A model generated the notes under the pieces. It had not been told where the DNA came from. It was given only the letters and a program-made list of their open reading frames with translations, and ran no database searches. A DNA stretch of 64,000 nt from Picochlorum sp. SENEW3 (lineage: Eukaryota). Position numbers and translations under genes: made by a program. Location of the stretch: assembly GCA_034226945.1 (NCBI GenBank), contig CP120457.1:930001-994000 (forward strand), given 5' to 3'. Shown one piece after another: positions 54,558 to 64,000 of this stretch (within the stretch, counting starts at the first letter, position 1; each line of letters starts with the position of its first letter).

Positions 54558-57494
54558 ATGTTTCGACAATGTAAAGGATCGCCTCGATACAATGTTTCAT
54601 ACAATGCAAATACTATGAAGAGAGAAGAATCAGATTCGATGTTTGATGTTCCATTAGTGGATGAGAATGCATATCGACACGTGCAATTGTCAAACGACAT
54701 GCAGTGCCTGTTGATTTCTGATCCACTGGCTGACAAGGCTGCAGCTGCATGCGATGTTCGTGTTGGGTCATTGAGTGATCCTGAAAATGTGCCAGGATTG
54801 GCGCATTTCCTTGAGCATATGCTATTCTACTCGAGTGCTAAGTACCCAGTGGAGGATGAATACAGCAAGTTTATTTCATCAAAGGGGGGTTCAACGAATG
54901 CGTATACGTCGAATGAATCGACCAATTTTCACTTTGATGTAAATTGTGAGTGGTTAGAAGATGCTTTGGATAGATTTGCGCAGTTTTTTATTCATCCGCT
55001 CATCTCAGCTGATGGGGTGCTGCGAGAGGCAAAAGCTGTGGACAGTGAGCATGAGAAGAACTTGAATTCGGATCCTTGGAAACAGTTGCAGCTGTGGAAG
55101 TTGCATTCCACTGGATTGATGAATAGATTTTCTACTGGAAATTATTCTACTCTGGTAGAGACGCAAGAGGAGCCCCGTGAGAATGTGTTGGGGCTCTATC
55201 ATGAGAAGTATTCTGCAAATCTGATGAAGGTGGTGATCGTGAGCAATCACTCTCTGGACGAGTTGGAGAGGATGTGCAAAGTATTTGAAAGTGTTGAGAA
55301 TAAGAATCTGAAGCAATTGCAGCCTCCGAAGGATGTTTTGCTACCAGAACATAGGGGTATTCTTATTCAGCATGTTCCAGAAAAAGAAGGTCATACAGTA
55401 GAGGTGCAATGGATGACGTTATCAGAAGAAGAACATTACAGAAAAGGACCTCTGAGTATCTTATCTCATTTGCTGGGTCATGAGGAGAAAGGGACATTAT
55501 TTGCAGTACTGAAAGAACATGGTTTGGCGAATTCGTTGACAGCTGGAGAAGCAGGCACCAGTATGAGCTCTGTGTCATTCTTCAGTTGTAAAATTGAGTT
55601 GACCGACGCAGGTAAAGAACAGATCCAGCTGGTGTTGGGTTTACTTTTTGCTCAGATTGATTTGATTCGGCATGTATTCACTCATGAGAGCGAGAACGCG
55701 GAGAGACTGTGGAAGGAGAATCTGCAGTTGGCACTACTTCGGTTTAATTATCGGGAAAAGTTATCCCCATATTCATATGCAACATCTCTTGCTCACGCGA
55801 TGCAGATTTATGAGCTAAAGGATTTGCTTAAATCAATATATCACGTTCCTCTAGAGTATGCTCCTGAATTAGTGCTGGCTGTCTTGGATGATTTGACTCC
55901 AGAACATGCACGAATCATGGTGGCAAGCAAGAGCGTTCAAAAGGAATGCAATCTCAAAGAGGAGTGGTATGGAACTCACTACTCTGTCCAGAAAATACCC
56001 GAGGCGTGGATTTCGGAATGGAAGGCATCATCTGGATCGTTGATTACATCTTACAAGATGTTTATTCCTGAAGCAAATTCACTAATCCCCACTGATTTTA
56101 CTCTTCTGGATGAATGCATGGAGGTTCCAAAAGTGATCTCGAAGAATAGTTCTCATACGATGTACTTCCGGTCTGATCCTACGTTCAAGACCCCAAAAGC
56201 AATACTGTATCTCGGTTTATATTTGCCAGAGTCATATGTGTCCCCATTATCGGCAACCATGACAAACCTGGCTGTGATGATTATTGAAGATGCTTTATCA
56301 GAAATATCATATTCTGCCGAGCTTGCAGGTCTTCGATACTCTTTATCGACTACAACGAAAGGTATTGTTCTGAATTTTTCTGGATATCATGACAAAATGA
56401 GCATTCTAGTCAAAACAGTGCTGAATGCATTGATGGGTCTGAACAACATTTCAGTTGACAGATTTTCGTTTGTCAAGCAAAAGCTGAAGAAGGAATTCTC
56501 GAATTTGAAATTCGAACAGCCATACCGGCTTACTCTGTACGAAATGGATGTTGCATTAGAGCATCGGAAATGGCATATGAAAGATTATGAAGCAGTGGTG
56601 GACAAGATTGGTTTTAGGATGGTTGAAGCCTTCATCCCGAGGCTATTTTCAACATGCCATATTGTTGGTCTTTGTGAGGGAAATTTACCCGAATCTCATT
56701 GCAAGACCCTGATCACTGAGGCTGAAATGATGATTCATGACAGATACGGCACAGATGCACCAGTGGCCTCCCAACTGGTTCACCCAAGAGTCGTTTGCAT
56801 CAATTCAGGTAGCCCAGAAGTGCATCGAATTGTAGCTCGTGAAACAGGCAATCCCAACTCGGCGATCATTGCTTGCTTCCAAGGCGGACAGCCCAAATCC
56901 AGCGTAATGTTACAGTTACTTGCTCACATTGGAAAAAGGGATGCTTTTTACCACCTGAGAACAGTGGAACAGCTCGGGTATATTGTATTCTTTACAACAT
57001 ACGTGATTCAGACAGTGACTCATTTGCTGATTTTGATCCAATCATCCGAGTATGATGCAGCATACATTGACAGCAAAGCTTTGGCATTCCTCTCCATCCT
57101 GAAGGAGAGCCTCTCCAACATGTCTGCCGGGGACTTTGATGGAGCAGTTGCTGAACTCATCGCATCAAAGAAGGAAAAACCAAAGAGATTAGCGCAAAAA
57201 GCTGCACAGCATTGGTATGAAATTGACAAGGAGACATTTGTATTTGACCGCAAGGAGCAAGAAATTGATGCCCTGTCAAAGCTCACCATGGAAGAGTTTC
57301 AGCACTTTACTGAGCAATGCATCCTTGACCCAAACACCAGACGACTCCTCAGAGTGCAAATTCAAAGTAATAACAGCAAAAATCCAACAAACGAAGACGC
57401 AGAAGATGAGGCACTCATTGAGGACATATTTGAGTGGAAGAACAAACAGTCATTACTGCCAAGCAGCATTGATGACATGAAGAGAAGTAACTAA
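54558..57494 (+). CDS. Insulysin-like M16A metallopeptidase
   Basis: Inverted zinc motif GLAHFLEHML, GGSTNAYT, DALDRFAQFF and LRTVEQLGYIV. Confidence 0.95.
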   Translation: MFRQCKGSPRYNVSYNANTMKREESDSMFDVPLVDENAYRHVQLSNDMQCLLISDPLADKAAAACDVRVGSLSDPENVPGLAHFLEHMLFYSSAKYPVEDEYSKFISSKGGSTNAYTSNESTNFHFDVNCEWLEDALDRFAQFFIHPLISADGVLREAKAVDSEHEKNLNSDPWKQLQLWKLHSTGLMNRFSTGNYSTLVETQEEPRENVLGLYHEKYSANLMKVVIVSNHSLDELERMCKVFESVENKNLKQLQPPKDVLLPEHRGILIQHVPEKEGHTVEVQWMTLSEEEHYRKGPLSILSHLLGHEEKGTLFAVLKEHGLANSLTAGEAGTSMSSVSFFSCKIELTDAGKEQIQLVLGLLFAQIDLIRHVFTHESENAERLWKENLQLALLRFNYREKLSPYSYATSLAHAMQIYELKDLLKSIYHVPLEYAPELVLAVLDDLTPEHARIMVASKSVQKECNLKEEWYGTHYSVQKIPEAWISEWKASSGSLITSYKMFIPEANSLIPTDFTLLDECMEVPKVISKNSSHTMYFRSDPTFKTPKAILYLGLYLPESYVSPLSATMTNLAVMIIEDALSEISYSAELAGLRYSLSTTTKGIVLNFSGYHDKMSILVKTVLNALMGLNNISVDRFSFVKQKLKKEFSNLKFEQPYRLTLYEMDVALEHRKWHMKDYEAVVDKIGFRMVEAFIPRLFSTCHIVGLCEGNLPESHCKTLITEAEMMIHDRYGTDAPVASQLVHPRVVCINSGSPEVHRIVARETGNPNSAIIACFQGGQPKSSVMLQLLAHIGKRDAFYHLRTVEQLGYIVFFTTYVIQTVTHLLILIQSSEYDAAYIDSKALAFLSILKESLSNMSAGDFDGAVAELIASKKEKPKRLAQKAAQHWYEIDKETFVFDRKEQEIDALSKLTMEEFQHFTEQCILDPNTRRLLRVQIQSNNSKNPTNEDAEDEALIEDIFEWKNKQSLLPSSIDDMKRSN

Positions 57495-57507
57495 TTCTTA
57501 CAATATT

Positions 57508-58905
57508 TCAAAGCCTAATTTGATAATCACCTGTACTCTTGCATGACTTTCTCACCCATTTATCGACCTTGTAACCATTCTTTTCCCATACCTGCATGTA
57601 CTCGATCTGAATCCCAGACACATTATGCATTGGTATTTGGAAGTTCAAAGACAATGGCGGGCGACTCCACGCAGCTTTTTCTTTCGCGGTAGAAATCAAC
57701 TCAATATTAGCTGCAAGCGTATGTTCTGTCATTCCAGAAAACTTTTTAATCTTCCACACCAACGCGCCTCTCTTTGGATCATATTTTGCCTTTCCAGCAC
57801 TCAATTGAAACTGCGCTCGTGCTGTCTGGGGCGGCACAGGAATCAAAATAACATTATTCATTGATTGAAGCTTTGCATCAAATGATGACCGAACTTTCAC
57901 AGTCACATCCATCCGCGTTCGCCCCTGCTCTGTCAACAATGCTGTTGCCTTGAACGGCAACTCAATCCCCTCTGTCACTCTATATTTCGCCAATTCAAAC
58001 TCCCCGTCGGGAGGAATAAACGACACAACCTTTTCAGCATTATACCGTCCTAAATTAACACACGGATGAAATGTAACATCATCAATCCTATCGTTCAATC
58101 CAATCTTAATCTCTGGCATTCCAGTCAAAAAGGACTTCATCACCAACCTTCCCTGCACATCCGCACGAAGCGTTGCCCCTTGCGGACTCAACAAACCACT
58201 AATATTCTCAACAATATCCAAATACACTTCATTCTTCTTAAACTTCAATCCATCCTTTCTCCAACCAACCGCACCAGTCACCTGAAGCGTTGATGACTGT
58301 GCCTCTGCCGCCCGTCTCCTCTTTGTCTTCTCCGTCGCCCAACCCTTTTGATAAATAAAACTCTTCGCGATAGCCGGATCCGTCAGCTGCGGGTACCCAT
58401 GATCAAGCACATCATCCAGCAATTCATAAATCAACACAAAATTCCCCTTGACAACATCCTCACTAAACTGCCCCTTACAATACGAACGGATCAAATCCAC
58501 CAACCCAGCCAAAAACTGAAGAATCATCATACAATTCGAATTACTCTTCGTAATCGCAAGAAGATATACATCAGCAGCCCTATAATACAGCACAGCATTA
58601 CTCCCAATCACCCTCACAGGAGCAGCCTGCACATCCATCCTCCCACTCCGAGTCGACGCCCGCACAGCATTCAACACAACCGCCCTAAAAGATGCAGCTA
58701 TATTCGGATCAATCCCATCCCGATACAAGCGCTGTATCAGCACGTCCCCTCTCCCATTTAAAAAGTACACTGCCCCAATGTGACTATGACCACCCCCGTA
58801 TGACAATAATGAGAATGATTCCTTGCCACTACTACTCTGTCCTTGTGTGATATTCTGCTCCTGAGAGGCCATGGCATGGCCATTTTCTACAGGTTTGTCG
58901 GACAT
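57508..58905 (-). CDS. AP2M: AP-2 complex mu subunit
   Basis: RGDVLIQRLYRD, NFVLIYELLD, TLQVTGAVGWR, KNEVYLDIVE, SFIPPDGEFEL and VDKWVR. Confidence 0.92.
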   Translation of the reverse strand: MSDKPVENGHAMASQEQNITQGQSSSGKESFSLLSYGGGHSHIGAVYFLNGRGDVLIQRLYRDGIDPNIAASFRAVVLNAVRASTRSGRMDVQAAPVRVIGSNAVLYYRAADVYLLAITKSNSNCMMILQFLAGLVDLIRSYCKGQFSEDVVKGNFVLIYELLDDVLDHGYPQLTDPAIAKSFIYQKGWATEKTKRRRAAEAQSSTLQVTGAVGWRKDGLKFKKNEVYLDIVENISGLLSPQGATLRADVQGRLVMKSFLTGMPEIKIGLNDRIDDVTFHPCVNLGRYNAEKVVSFIPPDGEFELAKYRVTEGIELPFKATALLTEQGRTRMDVTVKVRSSFDAKLQSMNNVILIPVPPQTARAQFQLSAGKAKYDPKRGALVWKIKKFSGMTEHTLAANIELISTAKEKAAWSRPPLSLNFQIPMHNVSGIQIEYMQVWEKNGYKVDKWVRKSCKSTGDYQIRL

Positions 58906-59215
58906 GAAGATTTGCCTTCAAAAACCAATCCAAACCAAACAGGAATCCTCCCGTCTCCTGACCGACGGTGCAAATATGGAATTATGTATTTCTTTTCTAT
59001 TCCTAGTACACGAGGGTGCGTGTCTCTGACCATCGAGAACACTCTGAATCTCCATTTTGACATCAAAAATCAAGTGTACGGTCAAAGCACGTATCTAATG
59101 GGAATGTATTCTGCATCGCATTATCTCAGATGTCAGGTCCATGCGCACTGCATGTCTATTGCATTACATACTTACTATTTGCTCCCCTCTTCTAGATAGA
59201 AAAAACACTATCATT

Positions 59216-60010
59216 ATGAATGGGGTGGTGAAATCAGTGGGATCTCTGTGTCGGTCTCTCGGTCGATTGGTAGAGGATGTTGGCTATGGACTACAGGGGC
59301 GATTGGCGTACAAAGAAACGTTACATAAGAGTCAGACGTTATCTAAATATAAGGATTCTTTGTATCCTACTGTAAAGGATGAGGTTTTTGTGGCACCGAA
59401 TGCCAGTGTGATTGGGGATGTGACAATTGGAAAGGGTTCCTCAGTGTGGTATGGGTGTGTGATTCGAGGGGATGTGAATAGTGTGACGATTGGGGAGATG
59501 AGTAACATTCAGGATAATGTGATGGTTCATGTTGCCAAGCATAATGCTGCTGGTATTCCTCGGAAGACTGTGATTGGGAGTGGGGTGACTGTAGGGCATG
59601 GGGCTACTATTCATGCGGCGACGGTTGAGGATGGGAGTGTGGTTGGTATGGGGGCTGTGATTATGGATGGTGCTGTGGTGGAGAAGGCGGCGATTGTGGC
59701 TGCTGGGTCGTTAGTTGTGCCTGGGACTGTGGTGAAGAGTCGGGAGGTGTGGGCTGGGAGTCCAGCAGCGTGTGTTCGAAAGGTGAGTGATGATGAGGCT
59801 GCTGCGATCGAGCAGGCTGCGGTAGATTATTCTAATCTTGGAGCTGTTCATGCTGCTGAGAATTGTAAGACGTTTGGGGAGATTGAGTTGGATCGTGCGA
59901 GGCGGTGGGATCGACAGACACGGGATCCAGACTATGATTTGCAGCAGGGGGTTGAGAGGGAAATTGAGACGCGTGAGCTTGTGCCGACTGGGTATGTGCA
60001 AACGCAGTAG
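59216..60010 (+). CDS. Gamma carbonic anhydrase (mitochondrial complex I CA-domain subunit type)
   Basis: FVAPNASVIGDV, VWYGCVIRGDVN, SNIQDN and hexapeptide repeats. Three candidate Zn-ligand His residues are retained. Confidence 0.92.
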   Translation: MNGVVKSVGSLCRSLGRLVEDVGYGLQGRLAYKETLHKSQTLSKYKDSLYPTVKDEVFVAPNASVIGDVTIGKGSSVWYGCVIRGDVNSVTIGEMSNIQDNVMVHVAKHNAAGIPRKTVIGSGVTVGHGATIHAATVEDGSVVGMGAVIMDGAVVEKAAIVAAGSLVVPGTVVKSREVWAGSPAACVRKVSDDEAAAIEQAAVDYSNLGAVHAAENCKTFGEIELDRARRWDRQTRDPDYDLQQGVEREIETRELVPTGYVQTQ

Positions 60011-60074
60011 TAGTAGAAATTATAATAGTATTTCTTTGTTTTTTGAAACATACGTTGTGTAATAATAATACTCG

Positions 60075-62000
60075 TCATCGTCGTTCTCGTCTCCGAGGAG
60101 AAGATGTATCATCACGCTGTCTATGCCGTCTTGGAGGCGATTGCCGTCGTTGCCTATACTCTGGCGATTTCGATCTCGATCGCTTGCGCTGTCGTACATT
60201 TTCACCTTCTTCATACGATTCGGATGACGAGTCCGTCTCGTACCCAGATGACGATGTATAATCACCTGATGATGTGTACTCATCGCCAGAGGATGAGGAT
60301 GCTGTTGTATAGGAACTGCCACTGGCTTCTGCCTTCTTCTGTGCTGCCAAGATCTGAGGCAGCTTTTTCAAAAACTCACGCATATTGTCTGTGAGACCAC
60401 CAAGTCCAATGGAGGTGAAAAAGTTGATGGCAAACCTCATATTCTTTGCAGAATCCTTTGGGAACAATCCAGCAAACCAATCTGCACAGGTGGGATCTTG
60501 CAGCCTAGAATCTAATTCTCGCAATCCTAAGATCTCAGATAATTCCTGAAAGAGTATCTTGATGAAAATTCTCGACGATGATGTCGTCTCTTCCTCTGTG
60601 ATTTGAATCACTGCCAGGACTGCCCATGGAAGAGCATCCGATGCTAAAAGATGAGCAAAGAGTTTGGCAACATTCCTCAATTTATTCGTCTCTAACCTAT
60701 GAATCATACTATATTGCTCGACAAAGCAATCCGCAAAACTATCCGCGTATGCCTTTTTCAGTTTGCAGAATCTCTCTCCTAACAGGGCATAGTACTTGAT
60801 GAATGTCTTTTCTTGGGAGCAACATTCAATAATCATTGTTGCCAATTCAATTTCTTGACCTTCTGGAATACCCATTTTCAGTAACTTGTGACCTGCTTCC
60901 TCGAAATCTAACGCACTCATAATCGTCAGGTAAATAGTCCTTCGCAGATTCACCAGGTCAGTTCCGGTCTCATCATGAATAGGACCTGCGTGCTGCTCAG
61001 GCACCTCATCTTCCTCTTCCTCACTCGACCCACTCTCACCACTTTCATCTTCATCGCTATCCTCCCCTAAAATTTCAGCCTTCATCTGTTTATATTCCTC
61101 CTCGTGTTTGAGAAATTCATCATCCTCCCGAAACACATCCAACCCCATGTTGGTATCCAGCTCATCCTCCAACGAAACCTCATGCGTTATTTGATCCTCC
61201 TCTTCAACCAGATCCAAATTCTCGGGAATCACTGGATACCCACTGGCCTCAAACCCTGTCTTTCTCACGGCATACAACCCTTCAATCACATACTGCGTTC
61301 TCTTATCCACATCCCTCCCCTCATGAAGGATGGCCCTCAACCGATCAAAAATAAAATTCAATCCACTCGACGATATCTCCTGTAACTTGGCACCACATTC
61401 TTTAATAAACTCAGACGCCATCTCAACCGAATCATTGGAAGGCTTCTCCAACAACAACAGTGCCATTTCAAACGCAATCACTTCATGGGCCACCTGCTGA
61501 TTCACCAAATGGGCAATAAACTTGAGCGATGCCAAACAAATAGGCTTATCTTTCCTACGAAGAGATCTTTTGAACGCAGTGATAATTCTATGCAGCAAGA
61601 GCTCCCCCACCTCGGGAAACTTGGTATTCACAACTGAAACAAGAGCAGCATACACGGGTGTAAACCCAGGCGAGGCCACCTGAGACTTCATCAAAGCCCT
61701 GCACAACAGCCCTCTACCCCTCACAAGATTCTCTGAGAATAACTCTGGCAGAATATGCTTGATATTCGACGCATTGACTTTATTCACGAGGCCATTGATC
61801 GATTTCCTCAGTGCATCCCATGTAAGTCGCTGGAATTCCACACTCTCTTTGTCAGTCACATCTGACATCATTTGAGCAAGTTTGAATGGAGGGATATATG
61901 CCCCTCCAGTCCGACTCCTATCCATACGAGAGCTCATGTTTCGTGTTCCATTCGCATGTGGGTTTGCCTCCTTTTCTCCTTCATCTACCTTCCTATCCAT
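60075..62000 (-). CDS. CWC22: Pre-mRNA splicing factor CWC22 (MIF4G + MA3)
   Basis: RTGGAYIPPFKL, WDALRKSINGLVNKVN, LRRTIYLTIMS and RFAINFFTSIGLGGLT, with an RS-rich tail. Confidence 0.96.
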   Translation of the reverse strand: MDRKVDEGEKEANPHANGTRNMSSRMDRSRTGGAYIPPFKLAQMMSDVTDKESVEFQRLTWDALRKSINGLVNKVNASNIKHILPELFSENLVRGRGLLCRALMKSQVASPGFTPVYAALVSVVNTKFPEVGELLLHRIITAFKRSLRRKDKPICLASLKFIAHLVNQQVAHEVIAFEMALLLLEKPSNDSVEMASEFIKECGAKLQEISSSGLNFIFDRLRAILHEGRDVDKRTQYVIEGLYAVRKTGFEASGYPVIPENLDLVEEEDQITHEVSLEDELDTNMGLDVFREDDEFLKHEEEYKQMKAEILGEDSDEDESGESGSSEEEEDEVPEQHAGPIHDETGTDLVNLRRTIYLTIMSALDFEEAGHKLLKMGIPEGQEIELATMIIECCSQEKTFIKYYALLGERFCKLKKAYADSFADCFVEQYSMIHRLETNKLRNVAKLFAHLLASDALPWAVLAVIQITEEETTSSSRIFIKILFQELSEILGLRELDSRLQDPTCADWFAGLFPKDSAKNMRFAINFFTSIGLGGLTDNMREFLKKLPQILAAQKKAEASGSSYTTASSSSGDEYTSSGDYTSSSGYETDSSSESYEEGENVRQRKRSRSKSPEYRQRRQSPPRRHRQRDDTSSPRRRERR

Positions 62001-62208
62001 GCTTTCTAAAGACTACAATAATAGTAATCCTATATATGGAGTGAGAGGTTTTTTGGGAATAGCACGAGATCAAATACAATGGCGAGCCTGTTTTATTTGT
62101 ATCAAATTAAGAGTAGACGAATCTCATGGAGCCTGTTTTCCTCATCAGAAGATATCCAGGTCCATCCTATGCTGTAGAATTAAAACCTTCTATACCATTT
62201 TGAACATC

Positions 62209-63468
62209 ATGACGTCAAAAGGGATGGGTCTTGGGATGCGTACGGGAGGGAACACCACCTCACCTCTGCTCCTGCCTAGGCCACGGTCTCTTCTGCTTCA
62301 TGGTAGAAGCACCAGAACAGCGAGGACGGTCGAGACGCATGCTGGGCTGTTTGGCATGACAGGGATACGGGAGAAGGCTGCATTTCCAAAGAGGGAGATG
62401 GTCTCCATGGGTCCATTCATGTCATCACCCATGGGGTTTGGTACTTGTATGTGACACAGTACATGTATGTTGGTCATATCCATGCACAGAATGTCAATCA
62501 ACCATGCATCATGTGCAGGGGCATGGGGAAACAAGCTTTTATGGGGGTATACAGAAGAAGATGATGAAGAGTTGCAGAAAGTCTTCAATCTGATGGTGTC
62601 CAATGGGATTAATCTCTTTGATACTGCAGATTCCTACGGGACTGGGCAGTTGAATGGAAGAAGCGAGATGTTGTTGGGCAAATTTGTCAAGGAATATCCA
62701 GGCTCAACACGGGTGCGAAATCAGATTCACATAGCAACCAAGCTCGCCGCATATCCCTGGAGGCTGACGCCGAGCCAGTGGGTTGGTGCGTGTAAGAACT
62801 CACTCAAGAGGATTGGTGCAGAGAAAATTTCCATGGCACAGTTGCATTGGAGTACAGCGAGGTATGCTCCTCTTCAGGAGCGACTCATGTGGGACGGATT
62901 AGTTGCTATATATGAGGAAGGACTTGTTGATGCAGTGGGACTATCCAATTATGGTCCAAAACAGCTGCAACGCATCCATTCCCATCTCAGTCGGCGAGGG
63001 GTTCCCATCGCATCAGTACAGATCCAGTATAGCTTACTAAGTCGAGGGAAACTACAGGAAGAAGCTAAAGCAGCGTGCGATGATTTAAACATCGCGATGA
63101 TAGCATATAGTCCATTAGCCTTGGGCATGTTGACAGGTAGGCATGCACCTGATGATGACAGTACATATCCCTCGTTGCCAAACCCAAGAAGCCTGCTGTT
63201 CCGTCAAATCGTACCAGAGGCGGGACCTCTGTTCCAAGTCATGCGAGAGATTGGAGAGAATAGAAATAAGACAATGAGCCAAGTTGCCATCAATTGGTGC
63301 ATGTGCAAAGGAACGATACCGATCCCTGGTGCCAGGAATCTCAACCAGGCACAGTCAAACTTGGGTGCATTGGGATGGCGATTGTCAGATGGGGAATGCC
63401 GTGAATTAGAAAAAGCATCTGATATGATTCCAAAGGGTATGACCCAAAATATATTTCAAACGAGATGA
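62209..63468 (+). CDS. PLR1: Plastid aldo-keto reductase, pyridoxal reductase-like; exons 62209-62446, 62519-63468
   Basis: SPMGFGTW|AWGNKLLWGY, FDTADSYG, VGLSNYG, AYSPLALG and PIPGAR. Confidence 0.85.
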
Positions 63469-63557
63469 TGATGAAGGTGTAAGTAAAATGTAACATATAA
63501 AGATTTGACAGCCATCATGGTACTGGCCAGTGGGAAGAGTGTACAGTAGAGATCTCA

Positions 63558-63575
63558 ACGCGCCTCGAGGCGCGT
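63558..63575. repeat. Perfect 18-bp GC-rich palindrome
   Basis: ACGCGCCTCGAGGCGCGT equals its own reverse complement. Confidence 0.8.
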
Positions 63576-63729
63576 CGTTTGTGGTACACATTGCGAGCAC
63601 TTTGTATGCAGAACTACAGATTGCATTTGGTTTAATTTTGTATGTTTTACAAGTCAACATTGGTATCAGTCACTTGTATAGGGTAGGACAGTAATCTATT
63701 TCTCAATGAGAGTCAGCACGTCTAGCACC

Positions 63730-64000
63730 ATGGGTGGCGGTGGTCAATCTGTTTCAGCGGCAGCCATTGCTGTGCTGCTGCTGCTGATTTTTGGAGTACA
63801 AGGTAGACAAGTAGGTTTTCATTGAAATACTATCGTATATAAGGCACTGATGGGCGAGCACGGGCTCCAAAAGTGGTGTTGCCCCTTAGAAAAGGCTCTA
63901 GACGTGTTGTAGCTTTGACGAAAAGTTGGTGGGTGATTTTGATTTCCTTTACATTCCTCTCGTGTCTATTGCAGTTGCAACAGGAAGGAACATGGGATAG
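63730..64000 (+). CDS. 5' part of a probable secreted protein, truncated by the window edge; exons 63730-63810, 63975->64000
   Basis: Signal-peptide-like AAAIAVLLLLIFGVQG followed by RQ|LQQ across a GTAGGT..TGCAG intron. Confidence 0.55.

Noticed and set aside
1..64000. CRISPR arrays, transposons, tRNA/rRNA genes, prokaryotic operons
   Set aside because: No repeat-spacer arrays, transposase/RT ORFs or structural RNA genes were recognised by eye, and spliceosomal introns show the DNA is eukaryotic. A covariance-model scan would be needed to exclude small RNAs.

Overview
Eukaryotic nuclear DNA from a very gene-dense green alga. Short GT-AG introns, plastid transit peptides and tiny intergenic gaps fit a compact trebouxiophyte such as Picochlorum, but this assignment is inference. 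About 42 protein-coding genes can be supported. Several are spliced and absent or mis-framed in the ORF track (DPM3, bL36, SmF, an SMIM13-like microprotein, and the first exons of NR, catalase and the H+-ATPase). The centrepiece (about 8.7-24.5 kb) is a nitrate-assimilation/molybdenum cluster: NR, NRT2, NAR2, NiR, MOT1 and CNX2. It also holds an NIT2/NLP-like GAF protein with no recognisable RWP-RK domain and an orphan 2-TM protein, and is flanked by a BTB protein and a myristoylation-motif kinase. Its promoters share TGAGTC/GACTCA elements, including a repeated GAGTCTGCAGACTC palindrome. Other highlights are a CbbY phosphatase carrying a CP12-like C-terminal tail and a DPM3/thioredoxin-PUB pair separated by only 2 nt (candidate bicistron). 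No rRNA, tRNA, CRISPR or mobile element was recognised. All family assignments come from motif recognition by eye, not from database searches.
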